Shown here piece by piece: positions 10,625 to 23,200 of a stretch of DNA of 64,000 nt. Every line of letters begins with the position of its first letter. Position 1 is the stretch's first letter. The notes under the pieces were generated by a model. That model did not search any database, was not told where the DNA came from, and saw only the letters and a program-made list of their open reading frames with translations. This DNA is from Fimicolochytrium jonesii (Eukaryota): assembly GCF_025526975.1 (NCBI RefSeq), contig NW_026515704.1, positions 124,001 to 188,000 of the forward strand. Reading direction: 5' to 3'. The position numbers were made by a program, and so were the translations under genes.

Positions 10625-12570
10625 ATCTCTCTGTAACCTGACAAGCACCCTGACTTTTCTGTCACTCCTGACTGGCGCAGGACATATCCCCGAGTCCCGC
10701 GACAGCCCTGCCGCAATGCGTTCGGGAAACAGTTCGCAGAGTGTCAGGTAAAATCGTCCCGCCGATATGACCCTGTTGTCGCACTCTGATTGCTCATTTG
10801 CCTCATCCATTGCATTTGCATTACAGAACTTACCGCGGCGAGCAAAAAGCTTTCTTGAAATCCCCCCCCCCCCCCCCCCCCCCCCCGCCCCCCCCGCAAA
10901 TGTATTATAACTTTTGAGAATTTATTTGATTTGTGAAAAAGCATAGTTCCATGGAAGAGTTTCGTTCCTTCCGGCTCGTGGTTTATTCGATGAAGCAACA
11001 GCTTGGGCCGGCGCGAGTGTGCCATAATCTACAGGCAACGGCAGATCCGGCCTCCGCAGACTACGTATTGCTTGAGGCATAACATCGCTCCCCCTCATGA
11101 TTTGCTCATGCGGTACTGGATGGATGATGAAGATACCACAGCCTGTCAATGGCCGTGACCAAGACAAGGATTTGCCGGACCGAGCCAATTTCATGTAATG
11201 CGATCCGCACGGACGGGCAAAACTGCCCATCATGCGAGCCGTTGGTATTGATTGCTGCAATGTCTGCCAATCCGAATGCTGTCTTCGTAGCGCGGTTTTT
11301 GACAGGCGCAACGCGTTAAGTAAGACGAATTTTGACAGGTGACGCTCGGATCGCGCCTGGCCCGAACGGGAGCCAGCTTTTTGCGAGGGGTCTGCACGCT
11401 GCCAGTCGTACATAAAAAGGAAACGATAGTTCCTACGGGTACGTCTCTCCGATTGTAGTACGGATTTTGCCCACAACGACGCCTGCACCGCCAGCAGCTT
11501 GTCAACGATCCGTCCTGCGAAAAGTAGAGAGCGCAGAATGGGATAAACAGCGGCGCAACTTTACACCCCGGACAAAAGATACGTACGTGGATGAAACAAT
11601 CTCGAGGATGTATATGTAAGTGTTCCTTGCTTTGATTTCTCTCCTTTCTCTCTCTGTCGCCTGACAAGCACCCTGACTTTGCTCTCTCGTTTTGCTGGCG
11701 CAGGACAACACTACAGCTCACATAGGAAGGCCTCTCCATCGAAGAACAATTGCAGATGTTAGCTGCAAGCAAGGACGACTGGATGCTAGACTTCACAGAT
11801 GTACGTGTGCCTTGCTTTGATCTCTCTCCTTTCTCTCTGTTGCCTGACAAGCACCCTGACTTTGCTCTCTCGTTTTGCTGGCACAGGACAACACTACAGC
11901 TCACATAGGAAGGCCTCTCTATCGAAGAACAATTGCAGATGTTAGCTGCAAGCAAGGACGACTGGATGCTAGACTTCACGGATGTATGTGTGCCTTGCAT
12001 TTGATTTGTATGCGATATATCCCGCGCCTGAGGGCTATTGCTCTCTCTGTCACCTGACAAGCACCCTGACATTACTCTCGCGTTTGGCTGGCGCAGGACA
12101 ACACCACAGCTCAGACAGAAAGGGTTGTCAATCGAGAATCAATTGCATCTACTGGCTGCCGAAGGCCAGGATAATTGGATGCTAGAATTTACGGATGTAT
12201 GTGTGCCTTGCTTTTGTGAATCTCTCTGTTACCTGACAAGCACCCTAACTTTTCTGTCTCTTCTGACTGGCGCAGGAAAATACCGGAGCGACGACAACCC
12301 TACCGCAATGCGTTCGGGAAACATTTCGCAGAGTGTCAGGTAAAACAATCTGGACACGGGAAGCCTTGCCGTTGTCGGGGTGAGTACTCTAATTTGCGAT
12401 AGAGTGTCTTTGGGAGATGACGTGGGAATGTTCACTTACCGAAAATCTGACACGCTTACTCGTTTCTTACAACAGGAAAGGCTGGCGGAAGGGTTATCCA
12501 TCGAAGAGCAATTGCACCTGCTAGCGGCGCAAGGCCAGGATGCTTGGATGAAAGAGTTCAAGGATCCATG
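10529..12570 (+). repeat. Second repeat family: GLSIEEQLQMLAA..DDWMLDFTD exon-like unit plus intron-like spacer, 5 copies
   Basis: Copies start at 10529, 11726, 11909, 12119 and about 12488; all but the last are followed by GTA(T/C)GTG...CCTGACAAGCACCCT(G/A)AC. Confidence 0.9.
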
Positions 12571-12579
12571 TGTGCCTTG

Positions 12580-13275
12580 CGTTCAACAAGGATATAGAGA
12601 GCGCGAAAGAGCTTTTCACGATGGAAGGAAGACCTTCCGTTCAACAAGGATCTAGAGAGCGCAGAGAGGCTCTTCACAATGGAAGGAAGACCTTCCGTTC
12701 AACAAGGATATCCAGAGCGCAGAGGGGCTTTTTACAATGGAAGACCCGGGTGCCGAGATGTGGTGGTTTTACAATCCGACCGTTGTAGCTGCACCGCGGG
12801 CTGCTGCCGAAGCGCATGCGAAGGAAAGTGCGAGAACGGGAGGATCGTGAACGGGGTTGCCGCTGAGCAATGAACCGTGAACGACAAGAACAGCTGCGAT
12901 TCGAGGCGCGAGACCATGAGGGTCGCAAACCGAGATCCGCGATCGGCAAGCTGTGGGAAGAACGCGTACGTGTTGCCCCCAAAAGAACGCGACGAAACCG
13001 AGTTTGCGCTTCGCGAGGCCGTCGCTGCGTTTACGTTTCGAGCTTCGGGAAGCGCAACGACCACAGGGAATGCGAGGAGAGGTTAGCGGCTGCTCAGGGA
13101 GAGATAGATTGACCCCGTCTGCAAGCGAAACGTGGACCCAAGTTGAAACATGCTGAAAAAGAACGCGACGAAACCGAATTTGCGCTTCGCGAGGCCCGTC
13201 GCTGCGTTACGTTTTCGAGCTTCGGAGAAGCGAACAACCACAGGGAATTCGAGAAGAGGTTAGCGGCTGCTATCG
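12580..13275 (+). pseudogene. Frameshifted duplicated fragments related to the upstream coiled-coil gene
   Basis: TTCAACAAGGA...ATGGAAG occurs three times (12581-12745) and matches 9962-10007; CGGG..CCG.GAT.TGGTGGTT.TACAATCCGACC matches 10011-10045; AAAGAACGCGACGAAACCGA...GTTAGCGGCTGCT is duplicated at about 12982 and 13158 with indels. Confidence 0.6.
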
Positions 13276-14252
13276 GTTCACAAACGATGTGACCGGTCTT
13301 TCGAGCGCAGATCACCGAAAAACGTTGCGGGCCTCCGAAGACATCGCCGGCGTTCGATCGCAGTTCACCGAAGACATTGACCGCAAGTCACCCTTCGCAG
13401 TTCACCAAAGACGCGATGATCCCGCCAGAGACGATGCGCAGGACTGTCGTACGGCGAGTTGGGGACCACACAGACTTCGGTTCAAAGACATTTGGAGACA
13501 CTGATGATACAATCTTTGAGACGGGGATGGGGACTCGGGACCACTCGTTTGGACTAATGGGACTTGGGGACTTGGGACGCTTGGATTTGGAGACACTGGC
13601 GATTTGGGGGTTTTTGTATAATAATTTTGAATAATACATCTATTCCAACATCGGTTCGTGCTTTTCGCGACTGGAGTGTGTTGTGGCGAGATGACTCGAG
13701 TGAGCGAGGTCGGAGGAGCTGGCCTGTCGCGGAGGGAAGACTAGTGTTCTTTCCGAGATACATGAATTGTATACCATTAACATTCTCCCTCACGCCCGAC
13801 TTTCGCCAGTTGGCCGTACGGGCCTTGAGGGTCGGCCGATATGTCAGTAAATACTACGAACTTTCATCAATTTCCATCATATGTGACTACACACCATTCC
13901 CTCTGTTCTCGGGGCATGAAACCTGAGGGCATGGATTCTGTGGACATCGTCACTGCGTGGCTCGTCAACGCACCGCTCACATCCAAAACCCTCGAAGACC
14001 AACGCAATCCATTCAAGCAGAGGCCAATGCAATCCATTCAGCCCCTATGAAACGAAAAAGCCAAAACAAAAAGCTCTACAAACATGTACATGTTTTCCCC
14101 CCATCTCCCATTAACAGGGGGGGGGGGGGGGGCATCCATTACGTGGGGTTTGATTATATGGCAATGGGGGGTTGTTGTTGAATATGCGAAAATGTGTCGT
14201 ATGCGGGTGTAATATATATCGAAAACAAAACGGTAGCCCGTGGGGGTTTTTG

Positions 14253-16884
14253 CTAAACCCCATTCACCTTGTGCACCGGCGTCCCCGCCCTCGACTCCTT
14301 GAACACCTCGATCCTCGCCCGCAACTCCGGGCTGAGCACATCCACCGCTTTCGGGACGGCTGTCCATTCGCGTTTCACTCGCTCGCGGACGGTGGTGAAG
14401 TCGTCCCATTTGGTGGGTAGGGGTCGGTTGTGGTCGTAGACGGTTTGGAGGAGGGAGGGGGTGGAGGAGAGAGGGAGGGGCGGGGGGGACGGGTAGACTA
14501 TTGGGATCTGTGAGGGAAGAGGGGGTGTGAGTTGGGGAGTGGGGGATGGGGAGGCGGGGATGGGACGGGACTTACGCTTTGGGAGTTGCGGACGATGTGG
14601 AATTCGCCCGGGAGACTGAATTTGTCGGCGCCGGTTTTGGGCATTTTCATTACTTCCCTGGAACCACATCACAGTCAGTATGGGTGTGCGGGGGGCTCGG
14701 ACAGCGGTCCAAAACGTAGCCGTTCGTAGAATTGAAGGCCGCGGCCGACCTTTCACCCTCTCCCGAAACTCACCTCTCACTTCCATCCTTATTAACAACC
14801 TTACTCAACTTGGTCGCAAAGCTCATCGTATCGCGATTCACCTTCTGCAGCAACCCGCCGCCCATCCCAAACCCGACCGTCTGCGCCGCAAACCCGGCGT
14901 CCAGCACCGCCGCGAGCATCTTGCCGAGAGAGTCGTAGGTGACCGCGTCGCCTTGGATGACGCTGGCGCCGCGGACCACTTTGTAGCCTTTGGCGTTCAG
15001 GTCGGAGCCAAAGACTTTGTCGATTGCTCTGGAAAACACAAAGAAAAGAAGAAACACAACGAAATCAGTTTCCGACGCAGGGGCGCATGTGTCCACCTTC
15101 TGCATGACTCCGGAAATTTACCTCAACCCCTGCAAAACAACCTCCACCGGATCCCCGCTATCCGGCCTCAACACCAAAAACCCCCCCTTCTTGCACTTCA
15201 GCTTCGCAATCGCGGGGAGAACAGTCTCCAGCGCCTCCACATAATCATAGGAATCCATCACGCACGCGCACACGCCCGAGCCGTACCGCTCCAGCAGCAC
15301 CGACATCGCTTCGACTTCCGTGGGGTAGGAGGTCATGACGGAGTGCTCGGTGGCGGGGATGGAGGTTGCGACTGCGCGGCCGTTGTTGAGCTTGAATTGG
15401 GCGTAGAAGGCGGCGGACATTGTGTCGGTGCCTTCGAAGTTTAGCTGTGTGGGGTGGGTGTTAGGAAGAGGGAGATGAAGATGGGATGGGGTGGGGTGGG
15501 ACGTACGAGATGCGCACATCCGCCGATGATGGATTGCTCGACAGAGGTGCAGCCGCGGAAGCCGAAATCGTGTAACCGGCTACAGCATCAACATCCACTT
15601 TTCATCAGTAAACGCCATAAAAGTAAGATATAGTCTCTGAAAAGCCACTCACGAATCAAGCGTCCAATATCCCTTCTCATCAACCGATTTCTCATATGCG
15701 GCTTCTATCAGGTCGCGCGAGCGGCGGGAAAGAGTGGCGACCGTTGACGGATACTGCATGACATCGTACCGTCAGTGCTGCTGATACTTCGAGATGCGAC
15801 ACAACCTCCGCGTACGTACCCAGATCATCGTCAACACAGTCTCCAGGTACGTCACTAGCCTAGCGTACTCATTCTCCGCCTGCCGAAGAAAAAGGTATTG
15901 TCTCATTAGCATCACCCCCATCACCCTCCCCGCGAATCAAGCACCCTCGTACGGTAATCTGATAAACCGGCAAATGGGGGAAGACGACGGTGCCTTCGGG
16001 CAACGCGTCGATGCGGACTGGGAAGCCTCCTATTTTGCGAGATACGGTAGAGGTCAAAGGTTTGAAGACATGGACAGGTGGTGATGGCGAGTTGTGACAT
16101 TCGGGTGGGGAGATAAGTACATACCGTCGTTTTCGTCGACGAATTTGAGGAAGAGGTCTTTTGGGAAGGGGAATTCTGTGAATCCTATTTGGTAAGATGG
16201 GAAACGATGGTCATCAGTCCAATCGTCCACGCATGCACGCCCTAACGCAAATCCGGCCTGTGGCCAATCTCGCGTTCCATCCCCCCCTCCCCCCCCCCCC
16301 CCCCCCTCCCGATCCGCACCCCACACACACCTGCATTATGCGTTTTGAAGAACTGTTCCGCCATCTCGACATCCTCTCTCGTCCATTTGACCGCGACATA
16401 GTTCTCGATGATGTAACGCATGCCGTAGAAGACCATGCGGCTGTCGTTGGTGTCTTTGTTGAAACCTGCGCGGAATTCGCCGTATGCTACCATCTTTGGG
16501 CGGGGGATGTCGGATGAGTGGATGCAAATGTGAGAGAGTGGGTGAGACGCTCACGGGGTGTGGTTGTTCCGAAAGCTGCTCACGGAACGGCCCTTCCGCC
16601 AAAATTCCGCTGAGTCCTTGGCAGGAGTAGTTTTGCCTTTGTTGGCATAAAGAACGATGCAACCAATCGCACTCCTCAAGCAGCGGACGTCGCTTTCGCT
16701 GGCGCTGCCGCTACATAGGCGTTTCTCGCTTTCACACTTCACACTTGGAATGCCACAACTCGCCATTTCACACTTCACCACCTCCAAAAAAAGACCTTAC
16801 CTTCTGAGCCTCCGGATAGAGGTGAAAGTGGGTAGTCTTGTATGAGTCCGTTAACAACGGAGGGGGTATTCCGAGGACCAGCAT
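14253..16884 (-). CDS. NAMPT: Nicotinamide phosphoribosyltransferase (multi-exon)
   Basis: LLTDSYKTTHFHLYP, ALPEGTVV, IWYPSTVAT, LHDFGFRG, NFEGTDT, SIPATEHSVMT, VMDSYD, VLRPDSGDP, IQGDAV, FGMGGGLLQKVNRDTMSFATK. Confidence 0.9.
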
Positions 16885-18162
16885 ATCTGGGTTGAGTTAC
16901 AGGTGTCCTTTGAAGCGTAAAGTCGAGTGTTCTAAAAGTGCGACGGCGAGGCGAGAGACCGAACGCGTCCGGAATTGGAGGATGTCAGGAGAAGGTTGCG
17001 GGACTGCCGCTGAGGTACCTGGACGGAGAGCGAGGCTGGGTTATAGTGGAGGGTGTGGTTTGAGAAGGTGTTGTCGTTGTTTCTGAGGAGGGTGAAACCG
17101 GTGCGAGTTGCGGAGGTTGGTTGGTGGTTCTTGAGACGGAATCGATAGTCCGATAGCGCGCCCGCAAGCCTCAGTGCGGAGTCCCATGGATTCCGTGGCA
17201 TCTGCACGCGTTCCAGCTCCTGCCTTCGCCTTCTGTGAGTCCGACTCCTGAGGCTGCATCGAAAGAACTTTTGTTTACGATTCTGTCTTCTTTTCTGATG
17301 GTGATGATTGGGGCTCCGAACACGGACAGGAGGCCGCTAGGGGTGAGGGGACGATCTCCCCAGCCCGTGTCCCTTCCGCCGATTCCGTTGGGCCATCGAT
17401 TCCTTCGGTCTGGCGCGTCGGGTTAGGGTTAGGCTCCAATGACTCGTCGCTTTGCTCGCTGGTAGTAATCTGGTTATTCGTGTCTACTCGAGTCTCAAGA
17501 CTACTCCAGCTTGGTGAATTTGCCAGAGCATGGACAATCTTCGTATTTCGGTAAGAATCCGGAGTGCTTGGGGTTTTTGTGACAAGTCTGGCGTACTTGG
17601 AATCAGGCATCGTCCTGTGAAATCTTGTGAAGGCGTGAAAAGAAGCCTTCGAGGCCATCGCGATCATCCTTGAGGCGTGCTTAAGATGGAGGACATTTCT
17701 TTGCATATCGATAGGAATACAGTACATATGCATCAGTGCATGTGCGTAAACGGCCTTCTTGGGTTTTTGTGAGGCGAGAAAAGAGGGTTTCCGAAGTTGA
17801 AAGAGCAAAACGCTGTCACTCTGGCCATAAGTCATCCTGTCAAAACGGGCTGCTCGGTTGTTCTCCGCTTTTTGCACGCCGGGAAAACCCCACCGCCGAG
17901 ACAGAAGCCGCAACAACTGACCCGTAGTCTTTCGGCTCATCTGTATAAGTATACTGCTACTACCAGGACTCTTCCGCCTTAAGCCCTTATTAGTGCTCGG
18001 GGATCTTACCCACTGAGTTTCGCAGTTACACACCTTATTGACCACTCCCAAAGGAGTCGTCGGCCGCGACAGAATGATGGGCCTCACCGCAAAAGGACCA
18101 AAGCCAACAGCACAGCGAACAGGCCAACCGCAAAGGAAGCGGCAGCCGATAGGGTCGAACAG

Positions 18163-19170
18163 ATGCACCTGCCACTGGAGCTCATCACCAAGATCTTCCA
18201 CTATGCCGAGCGAAAGAGCCGTCTTCAAATGCTTCTCGCCTGCAGAACTTGGCACAGCATGTTCGTCAAACCACTCTACTCTCGGATCTCCTTCCACCAC
18301 CCCTCTCAATTCGACGTGCTTTTCGCTACGCTGTGCAAGCACTCTGAGCGTCTCCAGTGGATCAAGGAGTTCATATTGATTGCTGCAACCGCCACGGTGA
18401 CGGAAGACTGGACTCAACCCATGTGTATGAAACTCGTATCAATACTCACCATCGCCCACCCTGAGTGCGTCGAACTCACCTTCAACGGCGTGACCACGGT
18501 CTACATCCCCGAAGTGTGCCACTATCCAAGTCGCTACATCTGTGGTTTCGAACGAGGCCGACTCTCTTTCTTCTGTCTGGACTCACAAGACCCCCTCAGT
18601 CCCGAGGTCCTTGCTCTTGCCGAAAACCTCCGCTGGATCTATGCGCCCGAGACGACAACCCTTGTCCATATGACAGCCATGTGGACCACGGTTTTGGAGG
18701 GTTCACTCAGCTGCAGACACTACATCTGGAACATTGTACATTGTACATTTGAAGCCTATCAGTGGGCACAGATACCTACCCTAACGCGCGTCTGCCTCCG
18801 AATGCGGCATAAACGTGTCACGATCCATATCACCGACCTCCCCGAATCCATCCTTACCCTCGAAGTCAGTTTCGGCCACTTCATGTTGAAGCTCCCAACA
18901 TGGTATGTGTGGAACCCCGCACGTGTGATCCGATACGCGCCAGGTCGGAGGAGATACAGAACAGAAGCGAGGTGGACGGAGGAGTTGGCAGGCTACCATG
19001 GCGGCGGAACGTTGGAACTCATGGTCAGGGAGAACACGGGCGCGGAACATATGCAGGGCGTCGAAATATTCAAAAACGAGGCTGTCGCCAGTGGGAAATT
19101 TGATTCGGTCCGATGCACGCCGATAATGGAGGAGTGGGAGGCAACATTCGCAGATGTACAATCGTTGTAG
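18163..19170 (+). CDS. Intronless F-box domain protein
   Basis: N-terminal HLPLELITKIFHY...LLACRTWHSMFVKPLY F-box signature; 335-aa uninterrupted ORF. Confidence 0.75.
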   Translation: MHLPLELITKIFHYAERKSRLQMLLACRTWHSMFVKPLYSRISFHHPSQFDVLFATLCKHSERLQWIKEFILIAATATVTEDWTQPMCMKLVSILTIAHPECVELTFNGVTTVYIPEVCHYPSRYICGFERGRLSFFCLDSQDPLSPEVLALAENLRWIYAPETTTLVHMTAMWTTVLEGSLSCRHYIWNIVHCTFEAYQWAQIPTLTRVCLRMRHKRVTIHITDLPESILTLEVSFGHFMLKLPTWYVWNPARVIRYAPGRRRYRTEARWTEELAGYHGGGTLELMVRENTGAEHMQGVEIFKNEAVASGKFDSVRCTPIMEEWEATFADVQSL

Positions 19171-20205
19171 AGGTATACTCACCGCTCTGCTTTCACCGTA
19201 GCCGATGGTTTCAGGGGATTATCAATGCGAACATCAACCCTTTGAATTGCAATCTGGAGTGCATGTCGCCGCCCCTTTGTCACGCACCCTAAATATATAC
19301 TGCTCCCTGGATACCAAGCGAAGTCAACACCATACTTTCAGCAAGGATGGACGACGACCACGGCAAAATGTACGCAGAGTACAAAAAAGCTAGGCGGAAC
19401 CAAGACTCGACCGGAATATGGAAAAAATCCTCCAAGTGCTCTTTTGTACCACTCTGGATGCATAAGTTGAGGGCGAAGGCAGTAAGGCAGAGGCGTGGGC
19501 GGATTTCAGGGTTCAGTCTGGGTATGATCAGACGGAGGCGCAGAGGGTTTTCGATAGTGTTGATAGGGTGCATGCCTATTCGTAGATGTATGGAGGGCCG
19601 TCCCAAAGGGCGTTTCATGTATGTACTGTATATACTGTACGTCGAGCAACGTCCGAGGGAGTCTGAAGCTTGCACTGCGATTGTGTAGTTGTTCACACTG
19701 ATTGGAGGTTTTGAAAGCATGAACTATTTTCATCAACGACTTGTCGTCCGTTGTGCCTCTGCTCGAGGTCCCATGGCATACCGTTCTATATTGATACCCG
19801 TTGTTGCTTGTGCATATTCCCAAACTACAGAGGCGTAGACTGACCCATATGGTTACCCTGTGCGGCGTTGTCCATGTGTGCTCTGGAGGGGTTGAGGCCT
19901 TCTGAAGCCTGTGGTCGTAAGGTTTCCCACGCGCGCGGTGGCCAATCGAGTAAATCTGCGTCAAATTCTGCTGTTCGGCGCTGTCCAACGCAATCGAGAC
20001 TTGCAAAGTCCTGGCACAAGCGCAAGGTTGCCCAACCCCGCTCACTCGAGTCAACCGCACACTCGAGCATTGGGGCAAGGTTCATTCCACCGGTTTGGAC
20101 AAACGGTTGCGTCTCCTCTGCGGACAGGCAGCAACACTACTGCCCGAATTTGAGAGTTTTATTCTTCTTCTCACATTTCACCACACCGTAACGGAAACCG
20201 AAACC

Positions 20206-23200
20206 ATGCACCTTAACATCGAGCTGCATCTAACCACCTCGCCTTCCTACACACCGTCCTCGACTTCCAACGGCCGCACGCTCACGACCTCGTCTCTGAT
20301 TCTCACCAGTAAATTCCTGTTTGTCGTGAAAGACCCTGCGAATACGACTGTGAGGGATATCAAGAAGAATGTGTTGAATATTTGGAAGGCGGTTGAGGAG
20401 GGCGTGGGGAGGGTCGTTGAAGTGTAAGTAGCATTGTGAAGGTTGAGGCTGACCAGTGCAAGATGGGAGGGATTCCGTTTTTCTGTTCTTTTCCTATGCA
20501 AGAGCCGTGAAACCTGATACTGAGACTTCATATCCTTCTTATCGCACAACAGTTCCGACATTCACACTGTCAGGTTTCTCACCCACGCCGGCTTCCCCGT
20601 CGCCGACATCTACACGGTCAGCGACGGTCTCGAACCCGACAAAACCAGCCACGTCGTCGCCGTCGTGCAACCGCAGGATGTCGCAAAGGTCCTGCCGGGG
20701 TATGTTCACAAAGCCGTAGCTGTCGCTGCAGTGAATGGTACTGGGGCGACTCCGGCGGGGAAGAGGAAGGCGGAGGTGTTGGAGGAGGAGGTTGAGGCGG
20801 GAAACGGGTTGAGTAAGACAGCTAGAAAGAATAGAAGGAAACGGGGTAAGAGTGGCAGGGTCGACTTGAACGATGGGTTCGGAGGACCTTCCACGCCACT
20901 GCCGGCCTCAATGGTTCTAGTAAACCCGGTCACACCCGCGGTGTTAAAACCCACACCGGCAAAAAAGAGCCAAACGCCCGCGAAACCTCCCACGCCCGCA
21001 GTCAACACGACCACCACACCAATCGTCGCACCCACTGCTCTTCCAACCCTATCCCCCACTACCCTCCAAAGCCTGATCAGCGGCGGCCCCGTAGCGGCAC
21101 CAGGGACTTCCAAATCAGCTAAACACAGAAAGTTAAAGAAGGCCGCTGCGGCAGCTGCAGTTCAACCCACCATCACCACCCCGTCGGCCGCACGACCAGG
21201 CAGCACACTCCCACCCGTCCCGGCCTCAATACTTTCGCAATTCATCAAACCCGCTGCTGTACCGGTGGAAAACGGACCTGTTGCTCCAGCTGGGGCTACT
21301 GGGACGAAGAAACGGAAGGCGGAGGAGGCTGTGGTTGTCGCAACGCCTGTGCCGGCGGGGAGTAGTACCAAGAAGAAAGGAAAGGCTGCCAAGGTTGCTG
21401 GGACGAAACCGCTTGTGGCTACGCCGAATGCGGCCGCTGATGTGATGGCTTTGAAGGCTGTTACGCCGGTTGTGGCGAAAGGGAAAGGGAAGAAGGCACA
21501 CACACCCGCTCCAGCGTTGGTGGAATCTGCCCCGGCCCAACCCGTCGTCTTGCCGCCTGTGAAACTTGTGCCACCAGCGGAGTCGGTGGGAACAGTACCC
21601 GTAAAACCTAAAGGACGCACTCCCAAACCGGCGGCGACGAAAGAAGCCGTACCTACGCCCGCCGCCTCAGTCTCGGAGCCCATCACCATCACTACGCCGG
21701 TGGTATCGAAAACGCTGAAGAAGACAACGGTGAAAAAGACGCCTACACCAGCCCCAGCGCCATCAAAGCCTACCACGGCGGAACCAGTTGACTTGGCACC
21801 CGTCGAAACCGTGGCGCCTGAGAAGCCTGTGGAAACTGTACCTGCAAAGAAGCGTGCAAGGCCGGCTAAGGTAGTCCCGGCAGCAACAGTCACTGTACCG
21901 ATTCCACAGACTACAGCGGCTGGACCTAGTGAAGACTTGGATGCTACTGCAGTGAACATAACCGCCACCATCGCTAAACCCGCAGCCGCGACAAAACCCA
22001 TCAACAAGAAACCGGCACCTGCGCCTACTGTAACAGCTATCGACGTCATCCCTCCACCATCTGCAGTGGAAATTGCTACCGGAAAGAAGTTGGGCAGACC
22101 GCACAAGTCAGTGGAACCAGCACAACCTCAACTCCAACCGGAAACGCCGGTGCCGACGGACACCGTCCCGACGTCCCAGGAGGAGTTGATCGCCACGCCT
22201 GTGGCGGTGAAGCGGAAGGCTGTGAGGGGGAGGAAGAAGAAGGAGGTTGAGCCGGAGGTGGTTGTGCCTGAGCCGGAGGTTGGCTCAGAGGATGTGGAGG
22301 ATGATACTGTAGAGCAGTCCACGCCCGCGCCCGCGGAAACGGTGGTCAAGAAGTCACGGGGAAGGAAGGCTGTGAAAGAAACGCCACAGCCTACATCTGA
22401 GCCACTGGAACCTGTTTCTGAGGATGTTGTGGAAGATGCGTCGCCGGCCGAGGAGGAGTCTAGCTTCATCACGCCCGCGCCGGTGAAGCCCGTACAGAAG
22501 AGGACCCGTGGAAAGAAGGGTGTGGACGAAACGCCACAGGCTACATCTGAGCAACCGGAAGTTGCATTGGAGGAGGGTTTGGAAGGGAGCACGGTTGAGG
22601 AGGCGGCTTCTTTAGTGGCGGAGCCTGTTGTGAAGAAGGCGCGGGGGAGGAAGCCGAAAGCTCCTCCGCTGCTTGAGCCGGAATCTGTTGCTGAGGATGT
22701 TGTGGAAGATGGTGCAGCGGAGGAGGAGGCTATCTCCATCAAGCCCGCGCCCGTAAAGCCTGTTCAGAAAAGAGCAACACGGGGAAAGAAGGCTGTACAG
22801 GAAACTCCACAGCCAACGTCTGAGCCGGAAATTGTCGCGGAGGAAGATATGGAAGAGGTCACGGCCGAGGAGGTTGTTCCTACCCCGGTGAAGCCTGTTG
22901 AGAAGAAGACACGAGGGAGGAAGCCGAAAGCGACTCCACAGCCTACGTCTGAGCTGGAGCCTGTTGCTGATGATGCTGTGGAGAAGAGCACCGCCGAGGA
23001 TGTAATAACCGCCACTCCTGCCCCGGTGAAGCCTGCACAGAACAGAGCAGCCAGGGGAAAGAAGGCACTGAAAGAGACGCCACAACCAGAGCCGGAAATC
23101 GTTCCTGAGGATGTTGTGGAGGACACCGCTGAGGAGGTGGTTATTTCCGCGCCCGCGAAACCCGTCGAGAAGAAACCAACCCGCGGCAAAAAAGCCATAA

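Noticed and set aside
17421..17432. Telomere-like GGTTAGGGTTAG
   Set aside because: Only two units; expected by chance
17041..18417. 380-aa minus-strand ORF and its read-through extension
   Set aside because: Partly antisense to the F-box gene, non-ATG start and no recognisable domain; it could be a remnant but I cannot support it
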